Assembly: GCF_037042905.1 (NCBI RefSeq)
Contig: NW_026974140.1
Span: 9,610,001 to 9,674,000, forward strand
Source: Lytechinus pictus
Taxonomy: Eukaryota
Direction: 5' to 3'
DNA length: 64,000 bases
In this document: positions 14,270-29,200 of the stretch, one piece after another
Layout of the letters: each line of letters opens with the position of its first letter
Numbering within the stretch: position 1 is the stretch's first letter
The notes under the pieces: model-generated
Databases searched by the model: none
The model's input: only the letters and a program-made list of their open reading frames with translations
Told to the model about the DNA's origin: nothing
Made by a program: the position numbers and the translations under genes

Positions 14270-17200
14270 CTGTTGGTAAGGGAGAGGGGAAATAAACATG
14301 AAGACCGTTGTTGTTGTTTATGTGGGTGATATTATCATTATCAACTTTAGGTCAATGGAGAAAAAAAATAATCACAATACAATGTACTTACTCAGGAAAT
14401 AAGCATGGCTTATGCCATTCAAACTTCAAGTAAAGTATTGAAAAAAGAAAACGCCAAAACTAAAAATGAAACCAATATTTTACTTTGTGAATTATCTCAA
14501 CATGACAGTTTGTCTTAAGAGCTCACTGTTGAAATTGCTCATACTGAAGAAAAATCATAAAAATAAACGAAAATGATCAATATTTCATTCAATCTTCAGA
14601 CACCATTGACATCCCTTCTAATTCATTGGGATGCCACAAGCATTGGTAATAACAACTAGGAATACATGTATCACTGAAGGTGATTATTACTCAGCTCTAT
14701 CAGGAAGGCTTGATATGGGGAACATATATGAATGCCTTGACTGGGATTTGAACCCGGGACCCCGACTTTGGTGACCCAGGGAGCGTTTCATTAACATTTG
14801 TCATCCGACAAGTTTTCAGATCTGACAACTTTCCATGGGTTTGACTGGCTAAGAGGCACTAGTGTTAGACTTTTACTGTGGAAAACTGACAAAGAAGATC
14901 AGAGTTTGTTGGATAAAACATCCCAAGAGTTCTAACATGTAATGTTCCCTGATGTTCTACCAACTGGGCTGTATGCATCTGGGCTCCCACAGAGATGCCA
15001 ACCTGATCAAGAACATTTCAGTATTTTAAAGGCTGAAAATCAGTATTTTCACAGAAATACCAGAGGACAACACATACACGGAAACTTTTATAGAAATCAG
15101 TTATTTGCATGAAACTACCAGTAATCTTTCTCATTTTAGAAACAATTACTGGAAACAATTACTGGAAACCAGTACTACTCGGCAGCTCTGCTCCCATCAT
15201 TGATGCAATGTAATAAATGTGAACAGGCACGGCAAAACCCACAAAAAGTCGCACTGTGTGATTTTTAATCGGAGGACATCAAAAGTATTTGTTTAATTTT
15301 TATTTCATAGAAAGGGTATTTTTTTCTACATTATCAAAATAATGGATGTACTAACAACCCATAAAAGGTTGTTTTGACACTTTAATTCCACCAATATTTG
15401 TCTTTTTTGTATCACCTTGCAATCTGAAAGTCAAACTATTTCCCTAATGTTGAACATCAAAAGACATAAGATAACCTCTTGCATTGATACATGTACCTCT
15501 CTATTATTACAAACAGGATGTGCTTAACCAAAGTGACAACTTTTGAACAAATTTGATGACCCCGTCTAGGGAAAATTCAATGAGTTCTAATCCCCTTATT
15601 GTCACCTTTGGACAATAGTTTGAAGGTAATTATGCTTCATTGGACTAATCGACTTTAATCCCTATTTTCTCAAAACTCTCATTCTGTGGTAAACACAGTG
15701 AACATTCTTTTCTTAGTAATGGGTCCCATTTCACAAAGACTTGTTCTAATAATAAATGCACAATTTATATAACAAGTTCACTATCAGCCAATCAAATCAG
15801 ATGATTTCAGTAGCTTATAATTGTTATTGTTTAAACAACTAATATGAAATCTGGCTTTAGGGTACCGAAACACATTAGCGATTAATATTACGCTTGATTT
15901 GTACAACTGATTGTATATTGTTAAACATAGATTAGCGATTAAGTGTACGTTATATTTTTACAATTGATTGTACATTGTATACAGTCAATGGAATCATTTG
16001 TAGAAAAAAATTCTACGATCATTGCTAAGCTTTGTGTTACAGTTACGGGCCACTGGTCATAATAAGAAGTGGATCTTACCTCTTCATCTTCAAGTTCTTC
16101 TCCTGGATCCACAGTGTCCTCTACCATCTCTGATGTGGGATCTTGCTGTTTGTGCCAGGCTAGACTCAATGAATCCCCCTTGAACTGATAACCTTTAGCT
16201 ACAGCCTGAAAAGAAGAGGTAAATGGGGGGGGGGGGGGGGGGAGATCATATGTATATTTAGTCTGCAATGTGTAAAATCTTCTGATGACATCTTAGATTT
16301 ACAATCCATTTCAACTTATAATACATGGTGGGTGTTTCATAAAGCTGTTCATAAGATATGAATGACTGTACGCACGACTGGTGATCCTTTCTTGTGCTAT
16401 GAGATATTCCTATATGATTGATTTATGACCTAAGAACATGTTCCAGTCATGCATAATTTTACAAACAGCTTTATAAAACACCCACATGGATAATCACAGC
16501 CAATATGCAAAAATAATGCAAATTCTTCCATTTCAGCATCTCTCCTTTTTAGCTTATTTACAACAAATGTTCTTCAATTTTATATGTAGATGTCATGTTT
16601 GATAATTGTTAATACTAAAACTTGTCATAGTTTTTTTTTCATTTTAAATCTAATTAATTACTCATACATGATATACATGCAAACTTGGGGTCAAGAATGA
16701 AGATTCTCCTGTATTTTTGCATTTTACATTTCAAATATATTTCCATATTTATTTTTCCCTCGTACATAATCAAATGCAAAATTCAGCATTCACACTTCCA
16801 ATACCCAGGAAGGAATTCAAACTTATCTGTGAATTGGAGATTGTACAAAGCAAGCATACTATTGTAATGGCCAAAGTGCATTCATGATATTCTAGTAATG
16901 AGATAACAAACTAATGGACTTTGTACTATGGTACACTTAATCTTCTTTTTTTTTTCTACAAACAGTATAAACTTTGTAGTAAGACTCCATTTATTTGCTC
17001 AGATATATGTCTTCTTTGAATAAAAGTTCAGGTGGAACCCCCGTAATAGTGATACACAGAAACATAGTTATGAGATAAGTACAAATTCTTTTTAAAGGGG
17101 AATCCAACCCAAATGAAAACATGTTTTTATAAGGAAAAGAAAAATCAGACAAGTTGATAGGTGAAAGTTGAACAATATTGGACAAACAACAAGAAAGTTA

Positions 17201-20200
17201 TGAATTTTCAAAAGTTGTAAATATTGGTAATCAGTATACCCATGGACACTTCAAATTGGCCGCATATGGGATGTCATAGTGATGTAAGGCAAGGACTACT
17301 CTTCCATGTACTCCAATACATATTATGGCTAAAATGTCATTTTTCCCAAAAGTTTTATTTCAAATTATAATTTTCTTTCATGAGGACATAACACAATATA
17401 CTACCTGGTTATATTTAGATTACTGCCCCAGGGGAATGGGTACTTAGGAGAAAACCACAAATCCCTGATAATAAAGTACATGGCCTATGGGAAAGTTGTC
17501 CTTGCCCCTTGTCATAATTTACCCAGTTGCCAATTTGAAATCTACATAGTATTAGTGATCTCAATTTTAAAGCAGCTATAACTTTCTTATTGCTTGTCCG
17601 ATTTCTTTCAAACTTTCACCATTCTGTTTAATTTATTTTTCTCCTTCCCAACACAACATTTTATGGCCAAGGCTGGATTCCCCTTTAAAGAAAACTAGCA
17701 ATCTGACCTGAATATTAAAACTGACAAGAGTAATTAAGCATTTTGAAATACTAATGATATTCAGCTTTAATATAATGCTTAATACACCAGAATGAAGTGT
17801 CTTAGCACTTCACATTTAAATGTACACTGTACACTTGTACATGTATACACATTAGATATTTTGATCATCTGATTCTAGCTTGCCTGCATGAAATATACTG
17901 TACCTAACATTCTCCACTCCCTGGGAGCTTTCAACTGATAGCTTTTCTCAGTAAAAAATGCTAAGCATACTACACTCTTCTGGCAATTCATTTATTCTGA
18001 ATTTTCAAGAATTAATAACAAAATCATTCAAAATAAAAGACAAAGTATAACAATGCAATTTTCATAACAGTCCACAAGCAAAAGACAGATGCTTCAATTA
18101 AAAGTTTGTCACTGCAATACATACATGTATATAGAAACACATACATATATCTAATCATTTACATTCAATGTGTATGAATAAAAAGACAGAGATAAAGAGG
18201 AACGGATTGTTAGAAAGAGAGAGCACTTTTTTTTTTATGGGGGGGGGGAGACAAATTTATGTAGAAATGCACTAAGGAGGTATTGATAGAGACTTACCTG
18301 CAATTGACTGCATTTATATTTTGCTAATTTGCAAATCATATACCAACATTCACCTAAGTAATAATTTTTTTTTTATATACTTCCTTTTTTTTTACAATAG
18401 CCAGACCAGCAAACCACTTTGAAATTTGCAATTTATTGCCATACATAAGACTGATTTTTTTTTTACTTAACCTTGACTTGCAAGTAATTGCATATTCCTT
18501 GCATGCCCCTTTAGGCATCTTTTATCTTGGGGACGAGATATGACATGCTTACCAGCTCAGCTTCTTGCCGCGTTTTGAATTCTAAAACATATGTTCTGGA
18601 ATCTTCATTGTATTCTACGTTGTCAATCTCGCCAAAACTCTGTAAGGATAAGTATGTGAAATACAATTGAGTCAATTCATTTCCATTGAGAAAAAAGATT
18701 CAATCAAGACAAACTTAATAAAATACTCTTTGTGAAATCCTAAACTAGATTTGCAGAATCAACCAGTACACAAACAACCCACAAAAAACACATATATAGA
18801 CTGAGATTCAATTACAAAGGCAAAGACTCTTTAATAATAATTTGGATTCTTATAACTCACAATTTCAAAGATAAATTCCAGATGTGGTAACTATCTCAAT
18901 GTGAGTTTGAACAGAATCCAATAAAATGACCACCCAATATGCATACATAAATATACAATGTATGTGTCAAATGACACTGGAAGAAAATGTGCGATTATTG
19001 AGAAATGAGCAAAATAGGCATGGTATTCCAGCCAGATATTGGGTCTTTTTGCCAGCAATAATAACACACTTTCTCATCACATGTGCTTATCTGAGTTGAT
19101 AATGTCAGTGTGATCGTTTCATTATTTTGCTAAGGTAGATTTATGTTAAAGGGGAGTACTCAAAAGGGGGGGGGGGGCACACTTGTGTTTTAACAGCATT
19201 TTTATATTACAAATTTTAATTGTGCCTTTCAAAGGGGGGGGGGTGGATCCGCAAGTGCTCCAGGCTGAAAGTACATGTATTAATATTCAAACAAATAAGA
19301 ATCATCAAAATCTTATATCAATTAACGAAGTTATTGAATTTTAAAGTTAACAATATTTTGTAAATACAGTTATATGCACATCATCATGAATATTCATTAG
19401 GTGGGTTGATGATGTCACATCCCCACTTTCCCTTTTTCTTATGTTATTGCATGAAATATTAATTATTTCATTTTTTCATACAAGTGTGAATGATGTGCAG
19501 GTGTGTCTCCCTTATGATAAAATAAGTTGTAGCAATGGATATCTAATGCATTAAATCATTGGGGGGAAAATTTGAATAAACATAATTTCGAGGCTGATTG
19601 GAATTATTTCCTCATAATGACATGTTTTCATCATCTTTTGTTCTGTGTATATACGTTGTATCTACATGTGTGTAAACCAGTGAAAGAAGAATTTCCTTTA
19701 TGGACAATTAAGTTATTCCATTCAATTTAAAATATTAAAATACAAAAGGACAAGTGGAGATATGACATCATCAGTTTGCTCATTGAATACTATTGAAGAC
19801 ATGCACAGAACTGTTTCACTAAGATAATGCAAATCTTGAAAATGCCATAACTTTGTTATTCCTTATCTGAATTTGATCAAATTTTCAATGTTTTGTTTGT
19901 CTAATTTTTCTTTATCTGTTAAAATCAAATTATTTTGAGCCTGGAGTACCCCTTTAATCTACCAGTTCTAGATCTACAATGATATAGTGACAATCAACCT
20001 TGATTCCAAAGACTTCTTCATGAAATAATTGTTTGCTGCAACTACATGTACATTCTCTTAGCTTTAAGGAGTCAGAAGTACATGTACCCTTTAAAAATTG
20101 TACACTATTGAGAGTAAATAAGTGTCAATGTACGAATGGTGGATAAAAAACACAATGCCAATGACAGCCTTTACACTCACAGTAAAGTGGACCAGTACTT

Positions 20201-23200
20201 CGTCTTTATCCTCAGGTGCAAAACCCCCAACTACGAGACCTCTTGGTCTCTTGTCCACCACTTTGTGTGTAGTGGAGCTCCGTCTCCTGGCTGCGACGAA
20301 GGCACTTCCACGACCCCGTCCACGACCTCGGACTGACCTTGGGTTGCCACGCCCCCTGCTTCCACCAGCGTTGTCTAAGAGACCTAGGGCTTGGGCCTGG
20401 AAAATTGAAAATATTAATATTTTATGATAAACTGAGACTTAGAGTTATATATGAATGATTAAGACATTAATAGAGAGAATAAATAAAATGTACCGTCCCT
20501 TCAACTTTAAACTTCCATTTAAATTAAGAACTAGGTAAGCTCTTGCATTGGGTTTTGTTCCTAACAATCAAAAGGATATGCTTAATTGGTGTGCCAAATT
20601 TGGGGTGATATATTGAATCCATCTAGGAAAACTTTATTGATTTTTAGTGACATTCTCACAATGGTCTGATAGTGGAGGTGTCTTTCAATGGACTGGCCAA
20701 TCTCAATCCCTCATTCATCATAAGTAGTATTCTATGGTAGTAAGCATTCTGCACTTTGTCTCTGTGTAAAAAGGGTTAGGATAAGTCTAATTGTAGCAAG
20801 TTAGTCATATCGCATGGGCCTAAGGCAGGAAATTCACAATTCCCTGTAGAAACAGACGCGATGCGGTTTATAGATAAACCGCACCGCGCAAAACACGGTT
20901 TCACATAACCAACTCTGGGAGGTGGTTATTGCCGTGTTAATCCGTTTTGAATGCGAGTTAATCGGATTATTCGCTCTGTAGAAACAGGTTGGTTTAAGGG
21001 CGGTACGGTTTTTTGATTCCGGAAAAGGTAAACCTTTTTTAACAATTCTCTGTAGACGTCGAATGTGTTGAGCTATAAGGAGGACAGTGAGCATTTAAAA
21101 ATTGATAGTTCTTACCTCTCTTCTCAGCTCATCGACTCTCTTTCTTAGCTCTGAGGTATCCCCTCCCTCTGATTGTTGATTGTAGAGGTCCAACTCAGTG
21201 TCTAGAAGCTCCCTCTCAGCCTGGCAGAAAAGACAAAGGAAACAATCACACATATAGTGGGCGCATCGTGGTCTAGTGGTTCTGACACTCGCCTTTCAAA
21301 CAGAGGGTCGTGGGTTCGAATCCTAGCCATGGCGTGTTTTCCTTCAAGAAATATATCCACACTGCTGCACTCGACCCAGGTGAGGTAAATGGGTACCGGC
21401 AGGAAGTAATTCCTCAAAAAGCTGTGCGCACCGGAATCGGTAGACTAGCTTATAGCCAAGGTAATATAGGAGCACCTTGAGCACTTAGCAAGGTGGATAC
21501 ATGCGCTATACAAATCCTATATTATTTTATATTATTATATTTAGAGAAGGATGGGTGATGAAATCTTCTCAAACTCATGGATCCTAGTAGGATCAATGCT
21601 AAAAATCTATGTTCCTTTTAAAAGAGTACACTACAAAATGTACAGGCATGCAGTCTAACAGTTAATGCACTTGTATTAACTATAAGAACTATCAAATTCA
21701 TAGATTTATAGTTATTTCAGCTGGCACTGATTGTACTGAATTCACAACATACAATACATCAGGGGAAAAATACTTTTTTTTTACAGGAGCCATTTTTCTC
21801 ACTGGTCACAAATTTATAGGAGCCATTTTTCAATTTCAAAGAGCCATGTTTTAATTTGCTAGAGCCATTTTTAAAATAAAAAAAGGAAACATCATTTGTA
21901 ATTATTATCATTTTAGACATGTTAAATTTGAAGCATTGTTTGTTGTATTTTAATGTGCCATCCGTACTATTACTTTATTTCTTTTACCAACAAAAGTAAT
22001 GATTGCAATAATGCCATTTGATTTAATGTGCCATCTCTACTATTTTTTTTACTACTAAAAGTAGGCCCTAATGAATGATTTACTTAGATATATATTGCCA
22101 TTTGTCTTTATTCAGTGCTATTGTAGAAAAATCTGATTATCAAATTTTTAATGTGGCTTTGTGAGTGATCCTGAAACTTTGAAAGAAGAGATAAAGAGAG
22201 GTTACTATACAACTGTAAAATAATACATGAAAGGCTGGTATTCAGTATGTTTTGTACAGTATCCAATAGAATAGAGTACACTTCTCATGGATTTTGATTA
22301 GTAAATAAGCATAATTTGGTGTGCAGTTTCCTTAGGAACAAATGCTTAATGCTCATAATAAATGAAGAACATGGTATGCCTCATAGCTGAATGCTTTTTC
22401 ACGTGACTAGAGCCTGAAATGAACTGATCACCAAAGCTCACAACTACCCCTTTCCGATGGGGACTGGAGCGAGCAGCATACGCACGACAGGCCTGGCAGT
22501 AGACCAAAAGCTTCAGTCTGTGTATTTTGGTTGTTCCGCTGAACTGCGTTGGCTCACTCACCATTACATAGACTGAAGATCTTGGAGGCCTGTACGTAGA
22601 CAACGTATTAGCAGTAACGTTAGATCTAATATTTGGAAACCCGATTTTCCGATCGTTTTTTGTACATAAAATGTCACATTATGAACAAGAAATTACATCC
22701 ATATTTACGAAAAAATGTATAAAGTTCAGAAGTATAGTACCTTAGACCGCAGTTACCGCTAATTCCTTTCAAATGATATCGAAACACCGTCATCTTCGAT
22801 CCTTTTGTTGGTCAACGTAAGTTGCCATCTTGGCTGACGTCATCATCCTTACAGACGTATTTACCAGTCGCTATATATTGCGATTTGTGCCGCTGCTTTG
22901 CGCTTGTAATCTACGTGCGTGCGTTCGGAACTTGTCGCTTGCATTGATTCGCCAGGATATCGAAAATTCTAATCGGAAAGCCTTGATAAAAAGCACACCT
23001 CATTGATCATTGAGGGCAGCAACACACGGCTGCCATTTTTTCATCTACCGTACGTACCGTACTAGTGCGCTCACTGCGCTGAGCTTTGTGAATGTGAATG
23101 GTACATTACGTGCACGTTATAACCTACGCACAAAGGGAAGACAGCGGACGTATGGCCGAGCTAGTTACTGTACACAAGATCACGGGAGCAATTTTTTCCC

Positions 23201-26200
23201 CGATCGCTCTCTCTATTGGGTTTGCAAGTGCGATTTCAAAGCTTACAAGAGCGAAATCGCTCAGTGCTCCCGTGTATTTTTTTCCCTGCAATACATATCC
23301 TCAAAGGAGGGATAATTTTTTAAAAATCAGGTTTAAAACAAAGATATAAAATTAGAGTCCGATGTTTCCATTCACTTACATGTCCCGCATTCAGTCTTCA
23401 CTTGAAAAAAATTGGACAGAATTATATTATTATATATTAGTGTAACCATGTAAAATGTAGCATTTTGTATCAAACTAAGGAACCCTCCATGTCTATCATT
23501 TGACTCATATAAACTAAGGCTTATGTTTATTAAAGAGTGATTTTTTTTAAATAAAAACTTGAAAAAAATCAATTATAAAAACGTTTATAATCTTAAAGTA
23601 AAATATTTCTTAGTTTCCAAAGTGCAAAACATTCATGACTTGTTTTTATACAGTAAACGATGCTCTCACCTGTTTCTTATCCTTTGGTTTTGGCTTTGCA
23701 TCCATAAGTTCTTTCTTGGTCTTCTCTATATTCTCAGATAACATCTTAATTGACTTCATGATTTCAGCTCTTTTCAAGGTTGTTATGGTCGACTTCCCCT
23801 GCTCTAACTTTGCAATCAGGATCTAATTAGAGAATGGGGGGGGGGGATGACATATACAAAATTATTCAAAATATGAACAATTTTAGTCTAAAAAAACAAG
23901 ATACTAATAATGGAATATTTCTATTTACAAACACATGTAATCACAACTCCATCCGCATAATATGATGCCATGTGCTGCACTCGACCCAGGTGAGGTGAAT
24001 GGGTACCCGGTAGGAAGAAATTCCTCAAATGCTTGAGCGCCCGATCAAGGTAGCCATGCTTAAGCCGGGGTAATAATAACATAATAATGTTAAGCAGGGC
24101 CCGCTGGGAGAAGATTTCAGAACTGAAGTGGCTACCCTGGGGAAAATATAACATTATAATTGTTATTTGGGTCATAGACATAGAGTACAAAAAAGTGACA
24201 CTATAAAAAAGAGATTTGGCATTTCATTTTTTTTTTTAATTCAGAGGGTCAATAAGGTATTCATGTGGTCATATCTCAGGCCCCTTGAAACAATCCAAAC
24301 AATTTGAGCTGTGGATGTGGATAAAACAGTGTGAAATACAAAATATGTTTTTTGTATGGTGTCACACTTCAGTACTCTATTGTATTTTCATCTACTTTGA
24401 AAATTTATTGAACAAACATAAGAATGCATCAATCATCTTTTGTCATGTTGAAAATGGAATAAATGATATTTCATCTATATAGAGCGATTTAGCAATACAT
24501 TAAAAACGCGTATTTTGGTCTGCATCAATTGCCTGTGCAGTATCAGAGCGTATCCCTAGAATAACCGAAATCCGAAGATTATCTCGTAAGCTCCTGTACA
24601 AAATTTGCTATTGAAGATGAGAGCATATTCAACAGTATACATGTAGTGCGCATGCGCGAATGCGTGAAATATACAACGCGTACAACAATGAAATTAATGC
24701 GATGCGCAGCATAAGAGCACTATGACACTCAATTACGTCATAATGAACTACATGCAACTCGCATGTCAACGACCAAATTTGATCTTATGAAGTGTTGATG
24801 CCATTATGTGATAAGTGGATATGACTTGTTCAATCAAATTTCTCTCTCTTTTTTATTGCTAGGGGTGGGATAGATGATAATAATTATATTGGATGTCTTA
24901 ATTTCATGGAATACCAGAAATATTCCACTCGTTAAGAGCCAATAATCCACTCATCTGCGATTCGTGGAATATTTGCCCAAACTCTTGGAATATATCTGGT
25001 ATTCCATTCAGAGCCATCCAATATAATATAATTATTATTTCATCAGCCTTTGCACTTTCCTTCATCATACAACTTGAACTTTTGAACCCAAGAGGCCTGG
25101 CAGTCTTAATTAGGACATGGTCATCTATCCGATTGTGAATTGCATTCCTACTTGTTTACAGATTCTGCCTTTACAGATAACTCATTGTTGATTTCATCCT
25201 GTAATCTACACTTTTGCCAGCTCAAAACTATCCCCAACACCTGCTTTATGTACATTTCACCAAGTGTTTCAGTGTAATATACATCCAGTGAAATTTATTG
25301 GTACCCAATAGGATACTTGACTTACATCTGTCTCCTTGTGTAGATAATACTATATAATTTGCTGGGGATGGTATTTGCTCTGAATAATCCAAAATGGAGT
25401 CCCATAGCATTTACCATTGTGCAATATGTGATATGCACTTTTCTTTTCCAATCTGTTCTTAAATATGTTTTCTAAAATATTCATATGAAAATTAATCTAA
25501 TGCAATTAATGATACAAATACAACCGTTTGTGTCTACTCTGTCTAATAAGGACACCAATTTATTTACAAAATGAATTATGGATAGAATTCCTTTATAGTG
25601 GTTCTGTGTAAATTAGTCTTAACTTATGAGGTAATTATCTTACGTTTTATGTTAATCATCAGATGTTTTGAGCTTTTGAAACTTTTCCTCTTATTATTTT
25701 GTATTCTATTCTATACATGTACATGTAATTTCTGGTATGTAAAACTTACTGTATTTTTTTTAAATCTACAACTTTAGCTCTTGGTGAATTATTACCCCCC
25801 CCCCCCCGATCAGGTTTACGATAATTTTTTTCTTCATTATTTGAACCGTTTTAAATTGCTCTAAAAATTTAATTTAAAACACATATGAAAACAAAATACA
25901 TTACCTTTTGCTGCTGGATGAACCCATTCATCAGCTCTTGCTTCTGTTTCTGGATCTCCATCTGCTTCTTGGCTACAAGCTTCTTAGCCTCCTCCTGCTT
26001 CTTCCTCACTGCCTCCTGGGCTGCGGCAAGCTTCCTGGCCACCGAGGCCGAAGTGTGGGCCGCTGCGGCCTTCTTGGCGTTGGCCAGGTTGTTCTGGACA
26101 GTGACCAGTCTTTGGTTGATGGCCACCGCCTTGGTGTTTATGATCGTCTTGGTCAAGGTGGAGTTGCTGGGTTGGACGACCACCTGAGACAGTTAGATGG

Positions 26201-29200
26201 AGAGATTTATTTTCATTTATTATTTATTTACTTACTTATTTAATTATATTAATTTATTCATTCAGTAATACATATTTATTTATTTATACAATTACTTATT
26301 CATAATTTATTTATTGATTTATCTATTTATTTATTCATTTAATTATTTATAAATTTACTTATTTATTCATTCATTTATCTATCTTTCACTTATCTATATA
26401 TATATTTATTTTTTCATTTATTTATCCATTCATTTATTTATTTATTTATCTTTTACCTAATTATCTAATTTCATTTCCAGGAATTACATTGACACTTATA
26501 ACAATAGCAAATTTAATTAAATTGTTAATAATTATCAATACAATATTCAAAATGAAATATCAGAAGACAAAGAAAATACACACACAAAGAAAGTGAAAAT
26601 AACACTGCCCAAAGCCTGGTAATTTTCAAAGGAAATCAAGTTTCTGTTAAAAGACTCCTCATTAGCTGGTGATAAAAAGAGAATGTTTAATATTGACAAT
26701 GAATAATCTGTGACAAGATTAATTTGTTATTAAAGGGGCATAATCCAGAATTCAATCTATTTGTAAGGGAATGATATCAATAAAATATATTTATATTGAA
26801 GTTATAGTAATGGGAACTCAAATATATTTGTTCAAAAGGGGTAAAAGTTGAAGAAATAGAGACTACATTATCACGAAAAAGTTGAAATGATTGGAAAGAC
26901 TTTTGACCCAACTTATTTCCATGGGTTTCAATGAAATTAGATGTTATTTATTGAAATGATACACTAAGCAATATCATGTCAATACCAAATCATGTCCATC
27001 CAACAAAAAGTCGAGTTCAATAAATAGGGGAACACAATAAGCTTTACACTGAAAATTCATTAATATTGGATATAGAATGAGCCCGAATCACAATGAATTT
27101 CTGTTTCCTGATAAATCTTCAAGTCTCCAATCTTTGAGACCAAAAATGCAATACCCTGCAAATCCCAAAGCGGTCAGGATCCGCACTGGCACTGCTGACC
27201 GATCCTGATCAGCCTAGTGACTGACAACCCTACCACGCTCTGTGAGCATCTTGGCTTACGACACGAAAGACATGTAGGAGTTGTATGTGTATCCAATGAT
27301 CATGGCCACATGACCAATCAGAGACGTTCCTTTGTATGGCGTATAATATATATAAACAATAATGTACCCTTGTTCTTGACAAGCAGACTGTGTGGAAAGC
27401 ACAGACACACGTTGATTTACAAGGGAGTATGGTATTTAATCTAAGCAGTCTATTGAACACAAAAGCACTCATTAAGTCAGAATACCTCTTTTGTGTTTGC
27501 TGCTTAAGTTATGATCTAAATAAAAGTATGACAATTCAAAAAATTGTTTCAGATTCATCCATTTATTGATCCATATTAAAATATAGAAATTTGCCCTCCA
27601 CTGGCAGTGCATACGTGTACACAGAATATGAATAAAATCTCAAGACAAATATATGTCATGCATGTTAAACATTAAAGCAATACATTAAGTTGAAGTCAGC
27701 TTTAAATTGGAGCCAATGATGAAACTACGTTAATACAATCTTGAATAAAATTCGTTTTTATTCCTACATGGAGCAATAGATTGAAAATTTAGATTTTAGT
27801 ATTAATACCATATTTCATAACTTTAATCTTTAAGATTTAATAGGGCTTGGATGCTCTTACATGTACCAAATGATATTGATCATTCCAAATCCTGATCACA
27901 AACACATCGCGTAGACAATATATCAAGAGAATGAGAGGAAGGAAAATTTGAGAGAAGGAAAGAAGACACCTCTTACTTTATCTGATGGAGCAGGATGATT
28001 CCTAACAACAGTCAGCTGCTTTTTGGTAGGTAATTGTATTCGGTGCTTGGCAGGTTTTCTGGTATGTTGATTTGGCTCATTCTCTCCTGTTGTGTTCTAA
28101 AAAATAAAAAATAAAATAAAATCAATTTTGCAGAATTTATGTGACAGCACATAAAAAGTAAAGGAACTGATGCTATCATTGAAGAACTGGATAGCACTTG
28201 TAAAAAGAAAAAAAAGCAAGGGAAATGATATGGGTAGTCAAAATTCAACAATCTGTGAAATAATTTCAAATAAATATTTCTTAAATCTAACAGTGGAGAT
28301 AAAAAGATGTTTGGTGGCACAGAATTTGAGAACAACACAGAAAACAGATATACATGTACAGTTGAGGCAAGAAGTTTACATACACCCAGGAAATTCAAAG
28401 AAAAGTTGACACTTGCCAAACATCATAAAGTTTGCTTTATCTTATAAAATATTTGTGCTATCATGACGAATTTGATATCAAACGAATGAGTATGTCATGC
28501 CCTTTCATCACATTGCTTTGTCATCAGGAGCTGAAAAATATTTAGGTGTCATTTTCCCCAAAAATTTTTTCAAATTTTAGACAAATAAAAACTAAAAACT
28601 TAAAACCTAATTACTTCTCAACACAAACATTTCAGATTACACTTTTTTGTTCAGTGGTGACATATCATGACAGAAAATGTAATATAAATCATAGATTTGA
28701 CATTTATATATTTCTATGCAATGATGTTTGAAAATATTTAACAAATAGAATACATTTGGCACGAATATTACTTTTTTCTTCAAAGGAAATTCCACCTGAA
28801 ATATACTTTAATCCCAACAGCATCCCAAATATGTGAAAGAGCTTACTATGCTCTTTCATTTGATACCAAATTAGTCATGGTCGTATTTATGTTAATAATA
28901 ATAATATAGGTATATTTACCCAGGAAACCAATTCAGTTCTGAAAACTGTTCTCCCAGTGGGCCCTGTAATTATCATATTTCTGAAGATATAGTAAATTTT
29001 ACGATGTTTGGCAAGAGAACAAATTCCACTGAATTCATGGGTGTATGTAAACTTTTGGCCTCAACTGTACTTATTTTATGTGATGTGCACTTATCAGTAT
29101 GGTGCAAAAATGAATGGAAGTGGTATCTCTTGTGCCTTGCTTCCAATAATTAAAAACAATTATTTATAGGCCTTGAGCACTTTATACAGTGCATACGGCA

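Noticed and set aside
18298-18353. Candidate poison exon in RBM26/27 intron 17 with a perfect CAG|GTAAGT donor
   Set aside because: The putative acceptor is preceded by an A tract rather than a polypyrimidine tract; no other support
21760-23288. Transposase gene inside the hAT element (ORFs 22346-22603, 23010-23315)
   Set aside because: Short ORFs with no recognisable BED finger or DDE/hAT motifs
25885-26243. Plus-strand ORFs opposite RBM26/27 exons (also 20122, 29862, 33863, 38557, and 54200 opposite the FUT)
   Set aside because: Antisense shadows of real coding exons
27150-27505. Telomerase RNA (H/ACA domain plus structured region)
   Set aside because: The H/ACA domain lies 5' of the extra hairpins rather than at the 3' end, and no CUAACCCU-type template is visible
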